Positions 20,362 through 29,652 of a DNA stretch of 64,000 bases are shown here, in pieces. Numbering within the stretch: the stretch's first letter is position 1; every line of letters starts with the position of its first letter. Below the pieces are notes generated by a model. The model saw only the letters and a list, made by a program, of their open reading frames with translations. It did no database searches and had not been told where the DNA came from. Origin of the DNA: Nitrosopumilus sp. (lineage in GTDB: Archaea; Thermoproteota; Nitrososphaeria; Nitrososphaerales; Nitrosopumilaceae); assembly GCA_965219345.1 (NCBI GenBank), contig OZ244732.1, positions 512,001-576,000 of the forward strand, written 5' to 3'. A program made the position numbers and the translations under genes.

Positions 20362-20952
20362 ATGTGGAATTATAAAACACCTGGAATTCCTGATGAATAT
20401 TTTGAACGAACAGAAAATGTTCCAATCACAAAAGAAGAAGTAAGAACTATTCAAATTAGTAAGGGAAGACTAAAACCTGGACAAACTGTTTATGATATTG
20501 GCTGTGGAAGTGGTTCAATTTCTATTGAAGCAGCACTACAAGTAGAATCATCTGGTAAAGTATTGGCCATTGACTATGATGAAAATGCTATAGAACTAAC
20601 CAAAAAGAATATGTACAAATTTGACCTTTCAAATATTTCTGTAATTCATGGTAATGCTAAAGAAAAGATATTAGAACTTGAAGAAGCTGATGCAATATTC
20701 ATTGGAGGAACTGGTGGAGATACACAAGAAATAGTTGAGCTGTCTCAGAATAAACTAAAATCAGGAGGTAGAATTGTAATTGGTACAATATTGATTGAAA
20801 CACTTTATTCAGTATTACAAATTCTAGATAAATTACAGTTTGAGTCTGTCGATATTACGCAGGTAACCATATCTAAGAGTAGAAAAACTAGTACAGGAAC
20901 TATGATGCTTGCAAGAAATCCTGTAACCATTGTTTCCGCTACTAAAGCCTAA
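20362..20952 (+). CDS. cbiT: cobalt-precorrin-6B C15-methyltransferase (decarboxylating)
   Basis: PITKEEVR, DIGCGSGSISIE, FIGG, ARNPV. Confidence 0.93.
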   Translation: MWNYKTPGIPDEYFERTENVPITKEEVRTIQISKGRLKPGQTVYDIGCGSGSISIEAALQVESSGKVLAIDYDENAIELTKKNMYKFDLSNISVIHGNAKEKILELEEADAIFIGGTGGDTQEIVELSQNKLKSGGRIVIGTILIETLYSVLQILDKLQFESVDITQVTISKSRKTSTGTMMLARNPVTIVSATKA

Positions 20953-20988
20953 CCTAGATTTTTAATTGGGATATTAGGCACACATTTC

Positions 20989-21711
20989 ATGACTGGATTA
21001 ATTGGGATTGGAGTAGGTCCTGGGGATCCTGATTTACTTACAGTCAAGGCAGTAAAAGCAATCCAAAATGCCGATATTATCATGTGTCCTGCTTCTAAAG
21101 AAGATAGACCAAGCATTGCTCTATCTGTAATAGAACCTATAATTGACAAATCAAAAAGTCAAGAAATCATAAAGTTAATTTTTCCAATGACTAAAGATAA
21201 AGATATTCTGGAAGCATCTTGGAAAAGAAATGCCATAATAATGGCTGAAACTGTTTTGAAAGGAAAAAATGTTGTGTATATTACAGTAGGTGATCCATAT
21301 CTCTATAGTACTTGGATATACATGCACAGAGATTTAAAAGAAAAATATCCTGATATGGATATTAGTGTAGTTCCAGGAATTGTTTCAATATTTTCCTTTG
21401 CTTCAAAAGTTGGTATTAGTGTTGCAGAGGGTGCAGAAAAAGTTGCAATTATTCCATCTTGTTATGATCTATCTAGTGTAAAAGAGATTGCAAAGCATTC
21501 CGAATCAATGATATTTCTTAAAGATGGTAGATACTTTGATCAAGTAATTGAGGTTCTAAAAGAATCTGGATTCCCTGATAATTCTCTTTTTGCAATTGGA
21601 CAAGACTTAGGGACAGAAAATGAAATTATACGAACAATGACTTTGGGCGAAGTGAATGATTCATCATTAACTACAAAATATTTTTCAATTTTGGTGGTAA
21701 AACGTGTCTGA
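20989..21711 (+). CDS. cbiL: (cobalt-)precorrin-2 C20-methyltransferase
   Basis: GVGPGDPDLLTVKA, FPMTKD, GDPYLYST, YFS. Confidence 0.92.
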   Translation: MTGLIGIGVGPGDPDLLTVKAVKAIQNADIIMCPASKEDRPSIALSVIEPIIDKSKSQEIIKLIFPMTKDKDILEASWKRNAIIMAETVLKGKNVVYITVGDPYLYSTWIYMHRDLKEKYPDMDISVVPGIVSIFSFASKVGISVAEGAEKVAIIPSCYDLSSVKEIAKHSESMIFLKDGRYFDQVIEVLKESGFPDNSLFAIGQDLGTENEIIRTMTLGEVNDSSLTTKYFSILVVKRV

Positions 21712-22468
21712 TGTATTTTTTGTTGGATGTGGTCCAGGAGATCCTGAGCTAATTACAATTAAAGCAAAAAAACTAATTCAAAAAGCAGATGTTGTTGTTT
21801 TTTCTGGATCTTTAATTCCAAACCCTATATTGAAATTATGTAAAAAAGGAAAGTTACATGATGCAGCAAAACTAGTTAGAGAAGAAATTTTTGATTTGTT
21901 ATACAAAAATGCAAAAAAAGGTAAATTAGTAGTTAGACTTCATGATGGAGATCCTTCAATTTATGGTGCAATTAAAGAGCAGATTGATAATCTAGAGAAA
22001 AAAGGGATCAAATCAACTGTTGTGCCTGGTGTTACTGCATTTTTAGCCTCAGCTGCCGCACTTGGGACTCAATTAACACTTCCAGGAGTAACTCAAACGA
22101 TAATCGTAACTAGAGCAGAATCCAGAACTAAAGTTCCAAAACGCGAAAAAATTTCTGAACTTGCTAAACATAAAGCAACATTGATTTTTTATCTTAGCAT
22201 TCATTTGATATCAAATTTAGTAACAGAAGCAATTGCAGGTGGATACAAAAAATCAACACCAGTAGCCGTAGTGTATAGAGCAAGCTGGAAAGATCAAAAA
22301 ATTATCAAAGGAACACTTGGAGATATTGCAAAAAAAACTAAAGAAGAAAAGATTACTAGAACTGCAATAGTGATAATTAGTGATGTAATAAATCCTAAAT
22401 CATACGAATACTCTAAACTATATGACAAAAAATTTAGTCATGGATATAGAAAAGCTAAAGTCAAATAG
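21704..22468 (+). CDS. cbiF: (cobalt-)precorrin-4 C11-methyltransferase
   Basis: GCGPGDPELIT, RLHDGDPSIYGAI.EQ, SKLYD..FSHGYR. Confidence 0.93.
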   Translation: MSDVFFVGCGPGDPELITIKAKKLIQKADVVVFSGSLIPNPILKLCKKGKLHDAAKLVREEIFDLLYKNAKKGKLVVRLHDGDPSIYGAIKEQIDNLEKKGIKSTVVPGVTAFLASAAALGTQLTLPGVTQTIIVTRAESRTKVPKREKISELAKHKATLIFYLSIHLISNLVTEAIAGGYKKSTPVAVVYRASWKDQKIIKGTLGDIAKKTKEEKITRTAIVIISDVINPKSYEYSKLYDKKFSHGYRKAKVK

Positions 22469-23225
22469 ACAAAGAACTAACTTTGTTTTTAATACCTAAC
22501 TTGTTTAATTTTTGTTGAAATGTTTTCACATCTCCTGATGTAAAAATTTTTAATGAATTTCTTTCTGACTGTTTATTTTTAATTTTTGTATAAATTTTCT
22601 GTGCAATAATATTTCCTGGATCAATAAATTGTATATGTGGATATTCATTTTCTAATAATAATTTTAAAAATGGTAAATGAGTACTGGAAAGTGTAACTGT
22701 ATCAATATACTGCTTAGATAAAATTGGTTGTAAAGTTTTTTTTATAATTTTTTTACAATATTTTTTATCTGTGAGAAATTTTCCTGACTCTACTAATTCT
22801 ACAAGATTAGAACCAGTAATCTTAAAAATTCTAAAAGATTTTGGAAAATTATTTTTTTTAATGTATTCTGTTAGACCTTTACTATTTATTGCAGCTTTTG
22901 TTGCAAGAATCCCAATTTGTTTTGACTTTGAAATTTTTCGAGCATAACTCAAAGGTGGTTTTACATCAATTATTTTTCTTGTTGCTAAATTTAGCATTAG
23001 ACTAGGCGTGTTAGATGCAACAACTATGATGTCAGGCGTAAACCTTTCCTGTAATAGTTTGATTGATTTCTGTATGATTTTATGTAATTGAGCCTGTGAT
23101 TTTTTTCCGTAAGGATAGTTTTGCTGGTCCGCAAAATAGATAATCTCAGCCTTGGATATTTTTTGAATTGCACGAATTATGGATAATGAACCTAATCCAG
23201 AATCAAAAACTGCAATTTTGACCAC
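22461..23225 (-). CDS. glutamate racemase-like protein with both catalytic Cys replaced by Ser
   Basis: FDSGLGSLS, PYG.KS, ASNT (canonical ACNT), LSSTHLP (canonical LGCTHYP), IDP. Confidence 0.8.
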   Translation of the reverse strand: MVKIAVFDSGLGSLSIIRAIQKISKAEIIYFADQQNYPYGKKSQAQLHKIIQKSIKLLQERFTPDIIVVASNTPSLMLNLATRKIIDVKPPLSYARKISKSKQIGILATKAAINSKGLTEYIKKNNFPKSFRIFKITGSNLVELVESGKFLTDKKYCKKIIKKTLQPILSKQYIDTVTLSSTHLPFLKLLLENEYPHIQFIDPGNIIAQKIYTKIKNKQSERNSLKIFTSGDVKTFQQKLNKLGIKNKVSSLSI

Positions 23226-23330
23226 AAAATTACAGGTACAAATCACACATTTAGTTTGTTAGCTAAATTTAGTCAAAAGCCGATCTAAATTTACACCTCT
23301 CATTAAGAATTAACTCCAAAAGTAGCAGGC

Positions 23331-23987
23331 ATGCCAAACTTCGACAAGACTTGGGCTCGACAAGAGACCCAAAGCGTAACTGGCAAACTCCGTGAAGCAG
23401 TAAAGCCTCAAGGTGCATTGAAGCCACGAATTCAGACTGCGGTAAACAAACTACAAGTCCAAATCACAAAAATGGACTCTATGTTAAGTAAACTGCAAGA
23501 AAGAGATGCTCAACTCTTTCAGAGAGTCGTAACTGCAATGCAACAACACGATACTAGCACAAGTAGAGTTTTGTCCAACGAATTAGCTGAAATTCGTAAA
23601 GTTACAAAGATGCTCGGCAACGCAAGAATGTCATTAGAACAAGTTCAACTAAGACTGACAACTATTCATGATCTTGGTGATGCTATGGTAGCAATTGGAC
23701 CAGCGATGTCTACAATGAAGGGATTGAAGTCATCATTAGGAAGATTCATGCCAGAAGCAGACTCAGAATTGAATGCAATGTCTCAGACACTTAATGGACT
23801 TATGATGGACTCACTTGCAGGAGACTCATTTAACATGGAGTCCGATGCTTCAAGTGAAGAAACAGAAAAGATTCTACAAGAAGCATCTGCAGTAGCTGAG
23901 CAACAGATAGGAGAGAAATTCCCATCTGTGCCATATTCAACTGGACTTTCGTCTCAAACTTCTACTTCTACTTCTACATTTGAGTAG
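23331..23987 (+). CDS. cdvB: ESCRT-III / CdvB paralogue (Snf7 family)
   Basis: ELAEIRK, LEQVQLRL.T..DLGD, ILQEA, C-terminal FPSVP. Confidence 0.9.
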   Translation: MPNFDKTWARQETQSVTGKLREAVKPQGALKPRIQTAVNKLQVQITKMDSMLSKLQERDAQLFQRVVTAMQQHDTSTSRVLSNELAEIRKVTKMLGNARMSLEQVQLRLTTIHDLGDAMVAIGPAMSTMKGLKSSLGRFMPEADSELNAMSQTLNGLMMDSLAGDSFNMESDASSEETEKILQEASAVAEQQIGEKFPSVPYSTGLSSQTSTSTSTFE

Positions 23988-24036
23988 CTAGTAAGTAGAG
24001 ACGTAAGCCATTCTTTTTATTTTAATTTCTAAAAAA

Positions 24037-25212
24037 CTAACCCAATAGCTTTTCTTTGAAGGTGTATTTTTTGTTTAAAACAAAATTTCCAAAAGCTGCA
24101 GTCATTACTGCCAAAATCAAGGCCAGTGGATAAGACATCTCATTGCTATCTACAAGGAAATATACCATTCCTAGTTGTATTAGTGCACCTAACGAACTAA
24201 ACATTGCAAACTTTCCATACTGCGAAATTGTCTTTTTAACTCTGAAATCTCTATCGCCAAACGTCCATGTCTTGTTTAAAACAAAGTTAGTAGTAATTGA
24301 TGCAATAATTCCTATAACATTTGCATGTAAATACCATAACTCAGAAACTCCTCCAGTAAGTAGTAATGAAATCAGATAATTTACAATGAATCCTGAAGCG
24401 CCTACTGTGTAGAATCTTCCAGCCTTGTAAAGGAACTTTACTGATGAACGCTTTTCTTGTTTTTCTAGTTGTTTACCATATCTATACAACTTCCAAACTG
24501 ATCTGTAATAATCAAAAATAGTTTTGATACTTAGTTTGCTAGAACCAAGTTCTCGGTCCTGAAAAGTATATGGAATCTCTTTAATGTTAACATCTTTTGT
24601 TTTAACTAAAATTTCTAAAAGAAACTTGTAACCTATTGCATCAATGTTTAATCCTTTGATAATATTTCGTTTGAACGCAAAAAATCCTGACATTGGATCC
24701 TTTGTATCTATTCCTAATCCTTTTTTTGCAATCAAAGTTGCAAACTTGCTCATAGTTTTTCTTTTTAATGACCAACCTTGAACTTTTCCGCCGTTGATGT
24801 ATCGTGATGCTACTGCAATATCGAATTGATATTTTTTTATTGATTCAATTAGTTTTGGAATAATTTGTGGTGGATGAGAAAAATCACTGTCCATCACTAC
24901 AATTGTATCACCTGTTGCATGCTGAATTCCTTTTAGAATTGCAGAACCTAAACCATTTTTTGCCGTTCTATGAACAATATCAATGGTATAGTCTGCCATT
25001 CTTTTGAAATCTTTTAGATATTCTTCAACAATTTTACCTGTTCCGTCTGGGGAATTATCATCTACAACTATGGCTTCTGTTCGTAAATTTTTTGGTAAAT
25101 TGCTTCCAATTGATTTTAGAATTTGAATGATATTCTGAGATTCATTGTACGTTGGAATAATTATAGAGACTTGGGCACTATTTCCAATAGAGTATATCTC
25201 AGATGATGACAT
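24037..25212 (-). CDS. polyprenol-phosphate mannosyltransferase-like GT2 with C-terminal GtrA domain
   Basis: IIPTYNE, VDDNSPDGT, MDSDFSHPP, DPMSGF; C-terminal TM region with NFVLNKTWTF. Confidence 0.9.
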   Translation of the reverse strand: MSSSEIYSIGNSAQVSIIIPTYNESQNIIQILKSIGSNLPKNLRTEAIVVDDNSPDGTGKIVEEYLKDFKRMADYTIDIVHRTAKNGLGSAILKGIQHATGDTIVVMDSDFSHPPQIIPKLIESIKKYQFDIAVASRYINGGKVQGWSLKRKTMSKFATLIAKKGLGIDTKDPMSGFFAFKRNIIKGLNIDAIGYKFLLEILVKTKDVNIKEIPYTFQDRELGSSKLSIKTIFDYYRSVWKLYRYGKQLEKQEKRSSVKFLYKAGRFYTVGASGFIVNYLISLLLTGGVSELWYLHANVIGIIASITTNFVLNKTWTFGDRDFRVKKTISQYGKFAMFSSLGALIQLGMVYFLVDSNEMSYPLALILAVMTAAFGNFVLNKKYTFKEKLLG

Positions 25213-25501
25213 GTCATTTTACCAAAAATATACGTGGTTATTAATTTTTTAATCAAACTTTTTAGTAGATGCTGTAAGATTGACTCTGTTTTAAGAATGG
25301 ACTCTCAAAGCCAAGTAGAATAGAATGAATCTACATCTTTTCTCGGAAATGAAAGAGACGACTTTGTCAAATATCGAGATAAAATGGTATGTCTCTAAAT
25401 AGCTGATCGCATCTCAAACGAGAATGTCAAAATGTGTAACTAAAGTTTGTTACAATTTCACGTATGGTTTAAGTATCATTCAAGTAACATCATAATTTAG
25501 G

Positions 25502-25828
25502 ATCGGCATAGGAATTGGGAAGTATACTGTTGTAGTATTATCTATTGTATTACTATTAGGTAATCTTGGACTTGTACAAAGTGCTCAAGCACATCCTCCT
25601 GATGCCAGTTTTGAGCTTTTTTTTAAAGACCCTTCTCATGTAACTGGATTTGATCTTCTAATAAAACATCTTGGTACTGATATTATTGCTTTTGTTGTTT
25701 CATCATCAGAACCTTTTGGAATACCATTAACTATACTTCCAGCACCCTTTGCATATGAGGTTACAATTAGTATAGATTATTGGGTAACACCTTGGGTAGA
25801 AACTTCTATGCCAGAAGGAAATCAGTAA
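25502..25828 (+). CDS. unannotated secreted-protein-like ORF lacking a canonical start codon (possible pseudogene)
   Basis: Stop-free frame 25496-25828: IGIGIGKYTVVVLSIVLLLGNLGLVQSAQA-HPPDASFELFF...; signal peptide ending in AQA; TTTAAGTA TATA-like box at 25468. Confidence 0.5.
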   Translation: MGIGIGKYTVVVLSIVLLLGNLGLVQSAQAHPPDASFELFFKDPSHVTGFDLLIKHLGTDIIAFVVSSSEPFGIPLTILPAPFAYEVTISIDYWVTPWVETSMPEGNQ

Positions 25829-25852
25829 TGTATAGTCAGAATATTTACAAAT

Positions 25853-26563
25853 CTAATGACGTTTCTTAGTTAGAATCAATGCCCCAACTATAACGAAAAG
25901 ACCTACTGCAAGAAAGAACGGATACAAAGCAAAGATGTTCTCTGCAGGATCGCCGGAAAGAAATTCTACAATCATAGTTCCTGAATTTACTGCAGGGGGA
26001 TCAGTAGAGCCCTCCATTCCATGAACAGAGTAAGAATCAAATGCAAATACATCAATGTCCAGATTGGTAACTACAATTCTTGCCCCATTGTTTACAGTCA
26101 GTCCTGCTCTGTCAGTGTAAGATATGATTAGTTTTGCATCTGGATACCAACCTCTATCCAGATCTCTAAAAACTACAATGTACCCCTCTTTTGGAGTTTT
26201 AACTGCAACCCACAACTTGTTGTCAGGTTGTGAACCCATTCCAACTTCGATAAATTCTGTTCCTGAAGGATCTTGATTATATATTCTAAGAGCAGCATTT
26301 CCATCTGGGTTTGCATAGAGTAGATTGTTATCAATTGTTACTTGCCAGCTAGTACTATGAACATCATCAAGTGAAATGATTGGTGCATCTCGTAAAACCG
26401 TATTAAATTCCTCTGCAGAGATTTCTAGAGTATCAATAATTACTGAGGGATTATTCACATCTTGAGCAAATGCCGGAGTGGTAAAAAATCCTGCAAGCAA
26501 GACAATTGCAAATAGATACTTCAGACTCGTTCGAATTTGATTGAATAAATATCTAATCAACAA
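25853..26563 (-). CDS. hypothetical surface protein (signal peptide plus C-terminal TM anchor)
   Basis: ...TPAFAQ cleavage site, beta-rich body, C-terminal hydrophobic helix followed by KKRH; true start probably downstream of 26563. Confidence 0.75.
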   Translation of the reverse strand: MLIRYLFNQIRTSLKYLFAIVLLAGFFTTPAFAQDVNNPSVIIDTLEISAEEFNTVLRDAPIISLDDVHSTSWQVTIDNNLLYANPDGNAALRIYNQDPSGTEFIEVGMGSQPDNKLWVAVKTPKEGYIVVFRDLDRGWYPDAKLIISYTDRAGLTVNNGARIVVTNLDIDVFAFDSYSVHGMEGSTDPPAVNSGTMIVEFLSGDPAENIFALYPFFLAVGLFVIVGALILTKKRH

Positions 26564-27695
26564 AAGGCTTTGGATGATCCAAGATTACTTGAGCTACTTC
26601 AGGTCTTAGAATAAATTCAGAGGGGGATTGGCCGTTTTGAATCATCTCTCTTAGTTTAGTTCCACTAATCTGCTCTTTTGCATCATCTTCATGTGGACAT
26701 GCCTTTGGGGTTGTGTATGTAAGACATTTCTTACAATAGAAGAATGGTGGAAAGAATACTGGAGAAATTTCTAATTCTGGATAGTCATCAAAGATTTTTT
26801 GTGCTGCAAATGGATCATAAAATTTTCCAACACCTGCATGGTCTCTTCCAATAATGATATGTGTGCAACCATAGTTCTGTCTCATAATTGCATGATGGAT
26901 CGCCTCTTTTGGTCCAGCATACTTCATCTCAGTGTGTAGAGTTCCAAGTTGACATCTATTTTCTGGATAGTATAATTTTATCATGGTTTCATAACATTGT
27001 ACAATTACCTCATCAACAAAGTCACCAGACTTTTTCTTTCCAATAATTGGATTAACAAACACTCCATCACGTGTTGTAATTGCTGTTTTTTGTAGCATTT
27101 CGTGTGCTACGTGTGGAGGATTTCTAGTTTGAAATGCACAGATTTTCTTCCATCCTGCTTGCGCAAATGCCTCTCTTGTTTGGTTAGGAGTTAGTCTATG
27201 TTTTCTGATCTCAGTATCTTCTGGTCTTTGAATATAGTCAATCTTCCCACCTACCAGATAATCCTTCATTGACATTGTCTTTGAAACACCTGGGTGAGCA
27301 GAGTCATTTGTTCCATAGACTCCTTGTACAGTCTTTTCTTTATCAAAAGAATATGTTTCTTCAACATGTAATACAGCAACACCAACTCCTTGAGGATTTT
27401 GTAGTAGTACATCTCCTGTTGCTTTCATTTTAGAAGCTGTTTGCTCATCAACATCAAGTACAATTGGAATAGTCCAAGCTAGATCATTTGCTAATCTGCC
27501 TCGTAAAACAACGCTTTCAAAGTCTTTTTGTCCCAAGAATCCCTCTAGAGGACTAAAAATTCCATCTGCTATATTTTCAACATCATTTGCGAGATCCTCA
27601 CTAATTGTAATTGAGAATAGTCCAGTAGGATCAACTTTGGTAATTCTGTTAACTAAAACCCCACCGTGTGGTTTAATTGAATTATTTTCTGACAT
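26553..27695 (-). CDS. sat: sulfate adenylyltransferase
   Basis: [42 protein letters not shown]. Confidence 0.96.
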   Translation of the reverse strand: MSENNSIKPHGGVLVNRITKVDPTGLFSITISEDLANDVENIADGIFSPLEGFLGQKDFESVVLRGRLANDLAWTIPIVLDVDEQTASKMKATGDVLLQNPQGVGVAVLHVEETYSFDKEKTVQGVYGTNDSAHPGVSKTMSMKDYLVGGKIDYIQRPEDTEIRKHRLTPNQTREAFAQAGWKKICAFQTRNPPHVAHEMLQKTAITTRDGVFVNPIIGKKKSGDFVDEVIVQCYETMIKLYYPENRCQLGTLHTEMKYAGPKEAIHHAIMRQNYGCTHIIIGRDHAGVGKFYDPFAAQKIFDDYPELEISPVFFPPFFYCKKCLTYTTPKACPHEDDAKEQISGTKLREMIQNGQSPSEFILRPEVAQVILDHPKPFVD

Positions 27696-27705
27696 GCAAA
27701 ATCCT

Positions 27706-28434
27706 CTACTTATGGTCTATATGAAGGCCACACTCTTTGTTTCCGCCTTCTTCCCACCACCATCTTCCCGCTCGAAGATCTTCTCCAGGTTTAATGGGTC
27801 TTGTACAAGGCTCACAACCAACACTTGGATAACCTTTGGCAAGAAGACTGTTCTGTGGTAGATTATTCTTTTTGATATATTCTTGAATTTGTTCCCAAGT
27901 CCAATCCATTATCGGATTAATCTTTAGAATATCACCATGTCCATGGTCGAGTTGAAATATTGTAGCATTTTCTCTAGTTTTAGTCTGATCATGTCTTAAT
28001 CCAGTAATCCAACCATCCAATGTACTCAACATCTTATTGATTGGGTGTACTTTGCGAATTTCACAGCACAGTTTTCTATTCTCTACACTTTCATAGAAGA
28101 GATTAACTCCCTTTTCTCTAACCATATCTTCAACTTCTTTGGCATCAGGGAATAGTACTTCAATTGAAATATTGTATTTTTTTCTTACAACATCCATTAT
28201 GTCATAGGTTTCTTGTGGTAGTCTTCCAGTATCTAATGTAAAGAATCTAAATTTCGGATTAATCTTTATCATAATGTCTATAATTACTGAATCTTCTGCG
28301 CCAAAACTTGATGCTTTTGCAACTTTAGGATGAAGGTTATCTGAAGCCCATTGAAGCGTCTCTTCAGCGGTCTTTATTCTTGAGTTAAGATAATCTACTT
28401 GTTCTTGTGTGAATTTTGTCATATTTTCATTCAA
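27706..28434 (-). CDS. cysH: adenylylsulfate/phosphoadenylylsulfate reductase, 4Fe-4S APS-reductase type
   Basis: [37 protein letters not shown]. Confidence 0.93.
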   Translation of the reverse strand: MNENMTKFTQEQVDYLNSRIKTAEETLQWASDNLHPKVAKASSFGAEDSVIIDIMIKINPKFRFFTLDTGRLPQETYDIMDVVRKKYNISIEVLFPDAKEVEDMVREKGVNLFYESVENRKLCCEIRKVHPINKMLSTLDGWITGLRHDQTKTRENATIFQLDHGHGDILKINPIMDWTWEQIQEYIKKNNLPQNSLLAKGYPSVGCEPCTRPIKPGEDLRAGRWWWEEGGNKECGLHIDHK

Positions 28435-28506
28435 AGTATTTGTTTTATATTGATTACCCGAAGTTTTGTCCTAAATTATAAACAAGTAGATTTCAAAATA
28501 GAAAAG

Positions 28507-29622
28507 ATGGATGAAATATCATACGTTGTAGTTTTCCCAAACATATTTTCAAAAAATAAAATTTCACATTTAATTACAAATATCAAAAAAATTCTCAAAA
28601 TTAAAGATCAGCAGTTCAAATCGGTAAAACGTGATGGTGATGTAATTTTAGTTGATGCAAACGATCCTGTATTTGCATCATCTGCTATCAATCTACTTTT
28701 TGGTATTGAAAAAATTGCAATCGCAAGGCAAATAAAAAATAATTTTCAGGATATTGTTTCAGAGATTACATCTATAGGCGGAAATCTTCTCTTAAAGGGT
28801 GAGAAATTTCTAGTAAAAGTTGAAGGAACATCAAAAGGATTTCTTACAAAAGATATTGAGATTGCATCAACATCAAATATAATAGAAAAAAAATCAAATC
28901 TTGGAGCTCATCCTGGAACAGAAGAAAATTATGATAAATTGTTGTATACATATCTAACAAAAAATAACGCATACATCTGTATTTTCTCAGATAAAGGTAC
29001 GGGAGGAATTCCATATCAATCACAAAATCAGAAAGTAATTTGTGCAGTATATGATGAGATATCTGCAGTTTCTTGCTTTGAGACAATAAAGCAAGGTTAT
29101 GATACTAAGATCATAGTTTGTTATAGACAAAAATCAGAATTGGTAAATCTAGCTAAAATAATTAATCAAATAATTCCAAGACTAGTACAAGATAAAATTG
29201 AATTAGAATTCTTTCAACTAAAAATAAAACCAAATGGAATTAAAAATTATTTGATTTATGTAAATTCGATATTAGAGATAATGCTACAACATTCAAACAA
29301 CTATGTATCACTGGCTTTATCACCACTAGTATTTTCTACAGACTTTATTGAAAAATCATTAAAAGAAGTATTTGAAAAGGAGAAAATTCCAATAATTCCA
29401 CTTGCTGGAGTAGACACTAATCTGTTTAATGAAGCAAAAGAGATAGGATTAGAAAGAAATATCAAAAAATTAGAAAAAATAATCACAGTCAGTTCAGCTG
29501 AAATTCCAATTTTTTCAAAAAAAGAAGTAGAGTTTGCGCTTAAAACAAAGAAAAAGATTTCAGTTCAGGTAGGACCTAACAATGTTCATGATATTTTGGA
29601 TTCCCTAGAGGAGAATCACTGA
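28507..29622 (+). CDS. THUMP-domain ThiI-like protein with a degenerate PP-loop
   Basis: LLFGIEK, THUMP-like region, G.GGIP; AVYDEIS occupies the position of SGGxDS. Confidence 0.65.
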   Translation: MDEISYVVVFPNIFSKNKISHLITNIKKILKIKDQQFKSVKRDGDVILVDANDPVFASSAINLLFGIEKIAIARQIKNNFQDIVSEITSIGGNLLLKGEKFLVKVEGTSKGFLTKDIEIASTSNIIEKKSNLGAHPGTEENYDKLLYTYLTKNNAYICIFSDKGTGGIPYQSQNQKVICAVYDEISAVSCFETIKQGYDTKIIVCYRQKSELVNLAKIINQIIPRLVQDKIELEFFQLKIKPNGIKNYLIYVNSILEIMLQHSNNYVSLALSPLVFSTDFIEKSLKEVFEKEKIPIIPLAGVDTNLFNEAKEIGLERNIKKLEKIITVSSAEIPIFSKKEVEFALKTKKKISVQVGPNNVHDILDSLEENH

Positions 29623-29652
29623 GAATTTAAACGGCACATTTGATTTCATATT

